From Eledone cirrhosa (taxonomy: Eukaryota), in contig OZ024762.1 in the NCBI GenBank assembly GCA_964016885.1, forward strand, positions 4,402,001-4,466,000: a stretch of 64,000 nt of DNA. Direction: 5' to 3'. Below the pieces are notes generated by a model. The model ran no database searches. It was given only the letters and a program-made list of their open reading frames with translations, and was not told the origin of the DNA. Position numbers and translations under genes: made by a program. Shown here piece after piece: positions 25,210-36,559 of this stretch (positions are counted from its first letter, which is position 1; each line of letters begins with the position of its first letter).

Positions 25210-25212
<3 letters not shown>
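24868..25212 (+). mobile_element. 5'-truncated RTE-type LINE, RT C-terminal region
   Basis: CYTRTLRMALNI...NSELYGSLPKVSSKVAQRRLGLARHAHRHPEL...LLWEP...GRGRPRLTYVDALRTDTG...MRDRDRWRELV, the typical RTE ORF end; runs into (TA)n. Confidence 0.85.
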
Positions 25213-25274
<62 letters not shown>

Positions 25275-25369
25275 GTTGCTGTATCCCAAGCAGCATATTT
25301 ATATGTATAGTTGGTTGTGTTGTCTTTTTGTTGTTGTTTTTGGATTAGGTGTGTTTAGAGTGAGCTGAG

Positions 25370-25553
25370 AAATGCCGGATTTACCATTGTGCTTAGGTGT
25401 GCTTAATCACAGGACCCCGTTGGCCAGAGGAAGGGGGGGGGGTCGTCTCCTTGCTAAAAAATGTTTTACGATGAATTTGTCAAATGTTAAACCTTCAAAA
25501 GGGCCTCATAACTTAACCTGCACGGGGCCTCATTTGTCCTAAATCTGGTATTG
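25370..25553. mobile_element. hAT-type MITE with 8-bp TSD
   Basis: TIR aaatgccggattta / taaatctggtattg; TSD gagctgag (25362-25369) / gagctgac (25554-25561). Confidence 0.75.
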
Positions 25554-25561
25554 GAGCTGAC

Positions 25562-25790
25562 AGTGAGAAGCTATAATAGTATAAAGTACTATAAACGAGA
25601 TAAAACTTGCTTAAAAACCGTATACGTTTTGGGCTTTATTGTTGTAACATTAATTCTCATACACTCATCTTTCTACACCTCTAGCTTCACTTAAACCAAC
25701 AATAAAACACAAAACGTACGTTTTTAAACAAGTCTTATCTCGTTTATTGTATTTCATTCAATTCCAGCTTCCCCCTCTCAACTCCCTATA
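25562..25790. repeat. Foldback/MITE-like inverted repeat
   Basis: ataaacgagataaaacttgcttaaaaac...tttattgttg pairs with caacaataaa...gtttttaaacaagtcttatctcgtttat. Confidence 0.65.
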
Positions 25791-25846
25791 GCTTACTCTT
25801 CTTACTTTGCCCTGAACCACACGTACTACAAAGAAATTATACAACC

Positions 25847-25888
<42 letters not shown>

Positions 25889-25913
25889 GATTTTGAGTTT
25901 ATAACTCAATCTA

Positions 25914-25950
<37 letters not shown>

Positions 25951-26691
25951 ACCGAAATATAGCAAACATTCTGGCAACAGTCAATATTTTCTGTCTACAA
26001 ATATTATTTTCTGCTTAAAATCTATCGTCTGCTAGTTTTGAATTGTCTCTATAAATGACGCCATATTGTTTATTTGTTAGAAACGTTGTTTGTATGTATG
26101 TTATTATAATATCTTGTTGTAACGATCAATGTAAACATCGATGTGTGTAAACAAAGGTTGAAAATAGCGCCGCCGACTAACATTTTCCTACCAGTTCAAA
26201 TGTCGAGTGTTATCTTACATAGGCGGAGAAATACAAGAAAGGTTATCAGGCTTGTAATAGACACCAAATGTATTAGAGGAAGAAGTTCACTAATTTCTGT
26301 ACGTTCTAATTATATATCATCTTTGGTGGGCGGATTTTGCTTTTCATCTTTCCAAAGTCGATAAGTTAATTCTTTCGATACTACATTGTTTATGATAAGA
26401 CGGTGAATCGGTGGGATTTGAACTCAAAGAGCAGAGAACCGAAACGAATACCATGAAGCATTCTATCCGAGGTTCTAACGACTCTTTCAATTTGCCCGTC
26501 TTATCTGGCGAACACTACTGAATAAATAAATAATACTAAATTCTCGCCATTTTGAAAGCCGTTTCGATTCCCATTTCAATTCAAATCTATTTCGTTTCAA
26601 TTTTACCCCTTTCTCTAGAATCTCTTATTTTATTTTATAGGGCAACGGGTGATAGGGTTGGGAGTCGATAACTCCCTCTTTATGTTGTGCA

Positions 26692-26970
26692 TTGTGGTTG
26701 TGGTGGCGGCGATGGTAGTGGTGGTACTGGTTGTGGTTGTGGTGGCGGCGATGGTAGTGGTGGTGCTGGTTGTGGTTGTGGTGGCGGCGATGGTAGTGGT
26801 GGTGCTGGTTGTGGTTGTGGTGGCGGCGATGGTAGTGGTGGTGCTGGTTGTGGTTGTGGTGGCGGCGATGGTAGTGGTGGTGCTGGTTGTGGTTGTGGTG
26901 GCGGCGATGGTAGTGGTGGTGCTGGTTGTGGTTGTGGTTACGGCGATGGTAGTGGTGGTGCTGGTGGTGG
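26692..26970. repeat. 39-bp minisatellite x ~7
   Basis: Unit tgtggttgtggtggcggcgatggtagtggtggtgctggt. Confidence 0.93.
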
Positions 26971-27049
26971 TGGTGGTGGTGGAGGAAATAATCGGATAAA
27001 GCAGTACATCTCTTTCTAAACTTTTCTAGATAACCATTCAAGCTAATGA

Positions 27050-27812
27050 ACTAATTCTCAATGTAATTACTTTATTTTCAACACAGTCTCAGATCAATTC
27101 ACTTCCCAGACATGAACAACTGTGGCTAAATTTACTCTTCCATGATATAACTGCAGGCAAAATGACACTTCCAAGACGTAACTGCTTTAGTTTCAACACA
27201 GCCTCAGATCAAATCATTTGCGAGCAATTATATCTGTAACTAAAATTGTTCTTCCACAATGTAATTGCTTTAGCTTCAGCACACAGTCTCAGATCCGACA
27301 TGTACAACAGTGGCTAAAACAACTCCTCCGTACTGTCATCGCTTTAGTTTTAACACTTAGTCCTCAGATCAAATCACTTTCCAGACATGTACAACAGTGG
27401 CTAAAACCACTCCTCCGTACTGTCATCGCTTTAGTTTTAACACTTAGTCCTCAGATCAAATCACTTTCCAGACATGTACAACTGTGGCTAAAACAACTCC
27501 TCCGTACTGTCATCGCTTTAGTTTTAACACTTAGTCCTCAGATCAAATCACTTTCCAGACATGTACAACTGTGGCTAAAACAACTCCTCCGTACTGTCAT
27601 CGCTTTAGTTTTAACACTTAGTCCTCAGATCAAATCACTTTCCAGACATGTACAACTGTGGCTAAAACCACTCCTCCGTACTGTCATCGCTTTAGTTTTA
27701 ACACTTAGTCCTCAGATCAAATCACTTTCCAGACATGTACAACTGTGGCTAAAACCACTTATTCCACAATGTAATTGCTTCAGGTTCAACATATGGTCTC
27801 AGATCAAGTCTC
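27050..27812. repeat. 87-bp minisatellite, ~5 homogeneous units with degenerate flanking units
   Basis: Unit agacatgtacaactgtggctaaaacaactcctccgtactgtcatcgctttagttttaacacttagtcctcagatcaaatcactttcc. Confidence 0.93.
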
Positions 27813-27839
27813 TTGTCAAACAAATACAAACCTGAAGGT

Positions 27840-28020
27840 CACTTTTTGTAGCAACACTCGACATTGCTGTCCCCAGTTCTCGCAGGTGGATTCCTGAATC
27901 TCGTGGGTTAACGTCTAGATAAGTCATTTTTCGACAATGGCCACATCCAGAAGGCTTATATAAGAGAAGCGATAAAATTAATTCGCTTTCCATCCTAAAA
28001 CTGCGAAGTGGAGGCATTTT
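27840..28020 (-). mobile_element. Degenerate RTE-type LINE C-terminal fragment
   Basis: LLLYKPSG...KMTYLDV..RDSG...ELGTAM aligns by eye to the 'LLWEP..GRP..TY.D...DTG....M' motif. Confidence 0.5.
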
Positions 28021-28379
28021 CTGTTTAAGTCTGAATGATATTGGAGACAGACTTCCGTAGATGAACCTCCGGGCTTGAGACAGACTTTCTCCCTGCGACA
28101 GACTGGCATCCTGTCCAGGAGGAGAGAGGATCTTGTACTCTCAGTTGCTTAACACCACAGAAACCGGGGTAAGCGCCGGCCTGATGAGCAGCCGAATTCG
28201 TGATAGACTCTAGACTTAGTTGTTTCATTCACATAAAAATCTGGTTTTTTTTCTGATACACAGATCCCGCCCAAAGCTCTTAGGTTTTTTAATTCTTTCT
28301 CGCTTTCATTTGTTAAAATAAAATAAAATTTGTTTTCATGTATTAACCTCTTCTCTTTATCTTCTGTCTTTCCTTTCAG

Positions 28380-28463
28380 TTTATACGCGGAATATTTACC
28401 ACCCACGTGACAAAGTTATAGCAGTCCACGTGCCAGAATATCATAAACTTCAGAATTCTCCAT
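28380..28463 (+). CDS. Universal stress protein (USP) gene, internal coding exon (first exon identified in window)
   Basis: Polypyrimidine tract and TTTCAG acceptor ending 28379; GTAAGT donor at 28464. Phase 1 at both ends. Translates (x)YTRNIYHPRDKVIAVHVPEYHKLQNSP, matching the USP beta2 'D.V.lvHV.E' motif, and splices in frame to 43030. Confidence 0.88.
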
Positions 28464-28620
28464 GTAAGTATTTATCATATCATAAAAGTCACATCTTTTC
28501 CTTCGGGGCTGATACTGTATTATGTAATGTAAGAATTCGTTAACATATCAGTAATATCTATTCATTTAGTTGATATCATAGATAAAGTATATTTCGATTA
28601 TATATATATATGTGTGTGTG

Positions 28621-28671
<51 letters not shown>

Positions 28672-29091
28672 CATATATATATATATATATATATGCAAAA
28701 AGTAAACAGAAACAATAAAGCAAACAACACAATTCAATGAAGAAATATATTAGTTTAACGCTTGATATAGTAGGAAAAGAGTCTTAACGTTTCGGGCACT
28801 AGTCCTTCATAAGAAGATAGAATGAGTAATAAAAGATGAAATAGAAAGATTAAGTGTGTATATATATACATATATACATATATGTGCTAGTCACATAGAT
28901 TCACCCGAAAAAATGATAAATAGAATTAGTAATACATATTTCAGCTCAGACATGGGCTGTGTGGTTTAGGAGATCGCTACCACCTGGTTTTAGGTTCAGT
29001 TCTACGGCGTAGCTACTGTAGCTTCTGGCTCACCAATGCATTCAGACGGGTATTTAGTAGACCACGATTGCACAGATGCCTGTCGTATACA

Positions 29092-29122
<31 letters not shown>

Positions 29123-29499
29123 TCACGCACATACACGCACGCACACACCTACACATACACACGCACGCACGCACACACCTACACACACACACACACACAC
29201 ACAACACACATCTCGGTTAATTAACTGAGGCGAAGCCCCAGTATGGCCCCAACTAATATTTGAAACCAGTAAAAAAAATTGAATAAAACAGCAAACGACT
29301 TCACTGATATAAGTGTCAAACACGTCTGTTTTATTTGGTTGATTGTTAATGAATTATGCATACATCCAGAGTTTTCATGTCGCTTACTGTCTTTACAATT
29401 AGCTTCATATAAGGCAACCATTTTGAAATTCCCTCTGACTTTCCTTTATGTGATATCTCTCATTTCCAGCTGATAATATATATGTTCTTCTGGTTTCAT

Positions 29500-29849
29500 T
29501 AGCATTATTTTATTGTTATTGTTATTATTATTATTGTTGTTGTTCTTTGAGTCTCAGTCATTGATGTTATTTAACTGGAAAGTTTGTTGAAATGAATATC
29601 AAGCCGCTACCTGCAGCCTCAGATATTCAGGACGTATCGGAGGGTTCTTGCTGTTCCCAGCAAGCATGTCGGGATACAATGTGGGCCACAGTCTCCTCTC
29701 TCTCTCCATAGATCCTACACAGTGGGCTAGCCTCCACCTTGTAAATATGGTGTTTCACCCACTTCGTTTTGAGTGCCTGCTCTTGCGCAGCCATTAGCAT
29801 TCCTTCTGTAGCCTTTTTAAGGTCTCCTCTTTTTAACCAGTCCCATGTT
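29500..29849 (-). mobile_element. R4/Dong-clade non-LTR retrotransposon 3' fragment, internally deleted
   Basis: TWDWLKRGDLKKATEGMLMAAQEQALKTKW...PLCRIYGEREETVAHIV (zinc-knuckle region) joined to CLLGTARTLRYVLNI*, then 3' UTR and (AAC/AAT)n tail. Confidence 0.8.
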
Positions 29850-30247
29850 TAACGTGCTCTGATGTGGGGTTTGAATAGTTTTTAGGATTCCCCAGTTCAG
29901 CAGCCAGTTCGTTAAAGACAATTGATAATATAAAGGAATATCGCTGGTATAAATACAGCGTCCTTCACTCAGCGTCTAGCTTACTCAACAAATCTAGCGA
30001 ATTGCCATTATGCAGCCCCAGTCGCCTGTTCAGAGTGCACACATTTCATTTTAGTGTAGAACGTTTTAGTGTAAAACGTTTTTAATTAGAGAGGGATTTA
30101 TGGGATATAAAGCCACCAGGGTGACGAACACATTAACTACGGATAGAACGGTTTATACAAATTAATTTAAAGAATAAATCAAAGTATACACACCGACCGT
30201 AATAACTATAAAGTTCCAGGTGAGATTTTAACTCGACAATTTAATTT

Positions 30248-30331
<84 letters not shown>

Positions 30332-30384
30332 TATATATATATATATACACACACATATATATATATATATACATACACACACAC

Positions 30385-30447
<63 letters not shown>

Positions 30448-30460
30448 CACACACACACAC

Positions 30461-30513
<53 letters not shown>

Positions 30514-30526
30514 CACACACACACAC

Positions 30527-30567
<41 letters not shown>

Positions 30568-30793
30568 TATTTACATTTTAATTATTTTTAATATTTATTA
30601 CATTAAAGAACTAAAATTAATTCTTACATTAAATAATTTGAAATTTGAAATGTGCGTGTCCCCACGTAAATGACTATAATCAGAATCCCGCCGAGGTTAA
30701 CTTTGCCTTTCATCTTTACGGGGGGGTCGATAAAATAAAGTACCAGTAATACACTTGGTTAACTGCTGTGCCAAAAGTAGAAACAATTATAAG

Positions 30794-31013
30794 AGCGGTG
30801 GATTGGTAGTATCAGTAGAGGGCCGGACGCCATGCTTTGCAGCATAGAGTTACGGCCCTTTACGGTCTGAGTTCACATCCCGCCGAGGTTAACATTGCCT
30901 TTCATCATTACGAGGTCGATACATTAAAGCACCAGTAATACACTGAGGTCGATTTAACCAACTTTCCCTGTCCCCAAATTTGCTGGCCTTGTGCCTATAG
31001 TAGAAACCATTAT
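30794..31013 (+). mobile_element. Dominant tRNA-derived SINE, representative full copy (others near 13423, 14915, 17963, 23902, 39165, 41797, 47770, 51330, 51828 on +; 18660, 39888, 48690, 54927, 61130 on -)
   Basis: A-box TGGYAGTATCRG and B-box GAGTTCAMATCC; core gaggttaactttgcctttcatccttacggggtcgataaaataaagtacc resembling the Deu/Nin SINE domain; tail gctggccttgtgcctaaagtagaaacaattat. Confidence 0.85.
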
Positions 31014-31502
31014 TATACTCGTTTGCTTTGGGACGCACACATTTCAAATTTTTCCTCGTGGTTCTTAATCCAACCGTTATTTAATAATTTATTAATTTAA
31101 TTAAGCAAAATTTACCCCCAAAAAAAGAAAAAAAATGTTTTTTTCTGATTTGATTTTAAAGATTATTTTCAATAAACTTTTATTTTAATTTTCCAAGGGT
31201 ATAAGCGAGGACATTCTCATGAAGGTATTTCTGAATTAAACAACCAAGTTCCTCCTTGTTCAATTTATTGTTATATTTATCTAACTATTTATTATGTTTT
31301 TTATATATTTTTTATATTTTTTTCTTATCAAATTGTTATCATTACCGGAAGTTGTTATCTCAGTTTTGTTGACAACTTCCCACTTGTTTCTCTTTGCTTC
31401 GGCGTATTTTTCTTGTTTTCTGTTTTTACAGTTTCACAGTTTCACAGTTTCACAGTTTCGCAGTTTATTACACTTTTGCCTAATATATAATTGTTTCTAC
31501 TT

Positions 31503-31725
31503 TTGGCACAAGGCCAGCAATTATTCCAATACATTACTGGTACTTTATTTTATCGACCCCGTAAGGATGAAAGGCAAAGTTAACCTCGGCGGGATTTGAA
31601 CTCAGAATGGCAAGGGCTGTAACTGAGTTCAAATCCCGCCGAGGTTAACTTTGCCTTTCATCCTTACGGGGTCAATAAAATAAAGTACCAGTAATGTACT
31701 GGAATAATTGCTGGCCTTGTGCCAA
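31503..31725. repeat. Head-to-head inverted pair of 5'-truncated SINEs
   Basis: Arms 31503-31605 and 31623-31725 are near-perfect reverse complements; 17-nt loop. Confidence 0.9.
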
Positions 31726-31950
31726 TATATAATATATGAATGTCACACACATATCTACATACAGTCACCTATCTCTCTCTCTCTTTCTACCTTACCCCCC
31801 CTCTATCTCTCTATCTATTTCTCTTTCTACCTTACTCGCCCCCCTCTCTTTCTACCTTACTCGTACCCCCCCCCCCTCTCTCTCTTGTCGTATGGTAGGC
31901 CTCTGTCGGTTACGATGACGAGTAATTCCAGTTGTTTGATTACAGAACCA

Positions 31951-32220
31951 AGCTGTCCCAGTAGAGACATACTGAGGCTACCTCTCATTTCATCACACCA
32001 GGGTAAGACAGAGCTGTCCCAGTAGAGATATACTGAGGCTGCCCCTCATTTCATTACACCAGGGTAAGACAGAGCTGTCCCAGTAGAGATATACTGAGGC
32101 TGCCCCTCATTTCATCACACCAGGGTAAGACAGAGCTGTCCCAGGAGAGACATACTGAGGCTACCTCTCATTTCACTACACAGGGTAAGACAGCTGTCCC
32201 AGTAGAGATATACTGAGGCA
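31951..32220. repeat. 61-bp minisatellite x ~4.5
   Basis: Unit agctgtcccagtagaga(c/t)atactgaggct(a/g)cc(t/c)ctcatttcatcacaccagggtaagacag. Confidence 0.92.
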
Positions 32221-33149
32221 CCAGGACGAGATGGAGCCATCCTTCTTTCTTTAGCTAAATATTCCACAGACTTAAATCTCAGGAAGATTCAGTGACACAC
32301 AATATGTGACAATGCTAGCTCTTTCAATCACAAGTATAACTCATGTTTACCTGCTAAGTAGCACTGCAGGAACCTGCATCAGGTCTTCTTCAAAGACATA
32401 ACGTGCCTCTGGGAATCGAACACACGCCCTTACAACCTTCGTGAGCTAACCACTAAACCATACGTCTTCATACTTACACATATACACACACATTCACACA
32501 CAGATAGACATACATACATTCACACACATTTACACATCATACATTCACACACACATATACACATACATTCCCATACATATATACATGCATACATTTACAC
32601 ACATATACACATACATATATTCACACACTATAGACATACTTACATTCACACACATTTACACATACATACATACACGCACATTTACACATACATACAAACA
32701 CACACATTTACACATACATACATACATACACACACATACACGCACGGTGGTTGTTTGATCGCTGGCAAGTCAACAACCACATTTTGGGATCTTTTCATCT
32801 TTCCGAATAATGAGGAAATGTTTACCCTTTATAGACTCTAAGATGGCTTTCAAGGTTTTATTGTTGATCTGTTGGGTCTGTGACAGATCCCACTAGTGTA
32901 TGGCACCCCCATACCTATTTCTTGATTACCATTTATATAAGACATGGTACTGTGCCTTGCTAAACACTGGTTTAAGGCCTCACTATACGTCATTCAAAAT
33001 GTCGGCCAACTCTAGTGAAAGACAACAAAATACAAGAGAGAGAGAGAGAGAGAGAATGAGAGAGAGATAATGAGAGAGAGAGCGAGAGAGAGAGAGAGAG
33101 ACGTAGAAACACTTTCTTCTGTGTACCTTCGTATCATTTTATCTCGTTC

Positions 33150-33194
<45 letters not shown>

Positions 33195-33724
33195 GACACA
33201 CACATAGACACACACACACAAACACGCGCGCGCGCTCTCTGACTTTCTTGTTTCTTTCTTACTTTCCTTTTTTCTCTCTCACTCCCACTCGTTTTTTTTC
33301 TCTTTCTCTCTCATTCACGCTCACCACCTCACTTCTTTCTCCCCCTCTCTCTTTCTTTCCCTCTCTTTCCCTCTCTCTCACACACACATTCTCTCTCTTT
33401 ATCTTCGGACACCTTTGCAATGCATAATGCTTTTTAACGTCTCCACCCCCGATATGGCGTTGCTCAATTCCCCCGTCTTCTACGGCTGGCCATTTAAAAT
33501 AACCCCTAACACTGTTGCATGTAAGCCAGACTAATTCTGAGTCCGTTGAGACCTGAGACCCAGCTTGTGAACAGATTTGGGGGAAGTACCCTAACTGATT
33601 TGGTCGGCGGAGTGTAACTCGATGGACAGACGCAGGTATGGCCGGAGTGGCTAAAAAGGTTCACTTTAAAACCACGAACTTTCAAATATCGTAATTCGTT
33701 CGATGGCAATGTAATAAGGAGGGG

Positions 33725-33890
33725 GACGTAGGAGTGGCTGGCTGGTTTGAAAATACGCTTCGCAACCATGAGTTCTGAGGTTCGATTCTACTGCGTGGTA
33801 TCGAGGATATCTTTGTGGTGAGTGTCTTGTCCAAGGACCCTCGAGTCGGCACAAGCCTTGTGAGTGATATTGGTATGACGGAAATTGTGA
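33725..33890 (+). mobile_element. Third tRNA-derived SINE family, octopod-like (relatives 28945-29090 +, 21-130 -)
   Basis: g(a/g)cgtaggagtggctg..tggt head, ggttcgattc B-box, caagccttgtgagtgatattggt..gacggaaa tail into microsatellite. Confidence 0.65.
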
Positions 33891-34055
33891 GGGGAGAGTG
33901 GCAGAGAGAGAGAGAGAGAGAGGTTGCGGGAAAGAGAAAGACAGAGAGGAGTGGAGGGAGAAAGAGAGAGAGGTGGAGAGAGAAAGAGACAGGGAGGAGT
34001 GGAGAGAGAAAGAAAAGGATAGAAAGAGCGAAAGAGAGAGAATGAGACGGAGAGA

Positions 34056-34120
<65 letters not shown>

Positions 34121-35205
34121 ACTGGAATAATAGTTTGATTCCTGACTTCGAAAGAATGAAAGGTAAAGATGGCGGGATTTGAATGCCGAGCTCCCTGAAC
34201 CGAAACTAACCCTGCCATTATAGCGACCCTGTCTTGTCCATACAGTATCAGGTATCAATTCCTACCTGATCCTTCATTGGTTGTTCCCTCCTTTGAACTT
34301 TCAGGTAATGTCCAGCGAGGGTTGGTTGTACAATGGATGATATATAACAGTATAACCACCGGCTACTGCTTGGCCATCGAAAGTGTGAGGGGGTAGGGTT
34401 CTCACTCTATTTTCACTTCCCTGAGATACAGTGGAAGTATTAAGGCTTCACAAATTCTGTCATTCCGAAACCCATAGTTAATTGCATCCAGAGAAAATAA
34501 GAAGAAGAAAACCATGTTTGTCCATAGTTCCCCTGCCATGTTCTACAGTTAATGGGCTTTAAATTCTTGATTAAAAAAGTAACCTTTTGTTGCCATATTT
34601 CTAATGAAATGTACTGACTGTAATTTTCAATTATTGTATATACTCGAATATAAGTTGAGGAATATGTGACCAAAATATTGATGGAAGAAGTGGGGTCGGT
34701 TTATATTCGAGGTCAATATTTCGACGATTTTCACAAACTTCAAATTCTATATAAATAAGGTTTGGATTTTTGCCCATTTCTCAGATAAATTAGTGGGGTC
34801 AGCTTATATTCCTATCAGCTTATATTATAGTGTATAAGGTAATTAGTGGAAGTCTTGTAAAATAACTCTGCTTTCATGGTTAAACTGGTGTTGGAAACAT
34901 AACAATTTCTAACATATTGATGGAAGTTTTATATTTAAATATAAACATTTTAAAACAAATGGTTTTGTATCATACAAAGTGGTTGGTGGTTTAGGCGGGT
35001 TGGTATAAAAAGTATCATAGGAGACAACTTAGAGTTGTAAGATGGCCGTCATCGTATTGAACATTATTTTGATTTATTTCGCCATATTGTTATTGTTAAT
35101 AGAACAGGTTCTATAGCTTATCAGAACTGAAACGATTTCACACACACACACATATACACCCACACACATACACTCAAACACACATGCATATAGCCTCCCA
35201 GATAT

Positions 35206-35283
<78 letters not shown>

Positions 35284-35458
35284 ATATATATACTGTAAAA
35301 AGAAACAGAAATAACACAAGCGGTACAGTATATGGAAGGAATATATATGTGCGTGTGTATTTGTGGGCATGCGAAAGGTAAATGGAAAACAACAAAACAA
35401 ACAATAGAGTACAAACAAGATATACATTAGTTTAACGCTTGATGTAGTAAGAAATAAA

Positions 35459-35492
35459 CTTAACGTTTCGGACGCTCGTCCTTCATCGGAAG

Positions 35493-35493
<1 letters not shown>
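35459..35493 (-). repeat. Hammerhead-like repeat variant (related copy 28782-28816)
   Basis: Minus strand reads tctt-CCGATGA-a-ggac-gagc-gtcc-GAAACGTTA-ag. The 28782 copy reads CTTATGA...GAAACGTTA. Both share the flank tagtttaacgcttgat. Confidence 0.4.
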
Positions 35494-35524
<31 letters not shown>

Positions 35525-35618
35525 GATGTCTTAGGTCATGGCTAACCATAGTTATGCACCTGGCATGTTCCAATCCGATGGACAAGGTGTATATATATAC
35601 ACACATAGATACACACAC

Positions 35619-35659
<41 letters not shown>

Positions 35660-36559
35660 GGGGGGCGTGTGTGTGTGTATTTCTGTAGTAAAGGTAAAGG
35701 AAAGAAGAGTGCTCTATATATGATACAGAGTTATTTAATTATGTAATAAACACTAAACACATATTCAGATATTTTCTCCCGTATAATTCTGATAGCGACT
35801 AACATTAGACACAAATTCACGTTTTCAGTCATTTTTATTGAGTTTAAAAATAATCATTTTTAATGTCACGATTGCAAATACGTGATAAGAACAATTGAGT
35901 AGGAATGATATTTGATATATCCGCCATCTTTGATTTTGGGGGGGAATCAGCGTAATTGAACGTTGTTTGCCTTAAAGGCTAGAACTTCTTCTTTCTCATT
36001 CTCATTCTTCTTCTTCTTTTTCTCATTCTTCTTCTTCTTCTCATTCTTCTTTTTCTCATTCTTCTTCTTCTTCTTTTTCTCATTCTTCTTCTTCTTCTTC
36101 TTTTTCTCATTCTTCTTCTTCTTCTTCTTCTTCTTCTCATTCTTCTTCTTCTTCTTCTTCTTCTTCTCATTCTTCTTCTTCTTCTTCTTCTTCTTCTTTT
36201 CCTTCGCCTCCCATTTATTTCTGGGAGGGTCGTGGGGTCCACAGTCCCCAAACACCTCTTTCCAGCAGGTCCTGTCAGAAGCCACCAACTCCAATTAATC
36301 TGGTTGAATCTCCAAAGTGTGACCGGCTCACCTCATCGATAGTTTATAATACAGGGTGTCCCCCCAAAAAAAATGTATACACACTTTGATGACCTGTACA
36401 GGCAATATTTATTAGAATGCTCTTAAACTGTGTATACATTTTTGGGGAACAGCATAATTAAATGTTTGCCTGAGAGACAGGAAGTTGATAAAATAGAGAC
36501 AAGATGGAGATCTTTTCTGTTTCCATTGTAAAATGTCGAAGAAATAATTGATGTTGTTG

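Noticed and set aside
26625-27041. His-rich or GCGCGGGDG-repeat ORFs resembling structural proteins
   Set aside because: 39-bp minisatellite open in several frames; no signal peptide or exon boundaries.
28181-28200. CTGATGA hammerhead core (also the reverse complement at 38941)
   Set aside because: Part of a SINE tail; no GAAA or stem III at a compatible position.
33628-33690. tRNA gene
   Set aside because: Only an A-box-like SINE head; no cloverleaf or B-box in register. The same applies to the other SINE heads.
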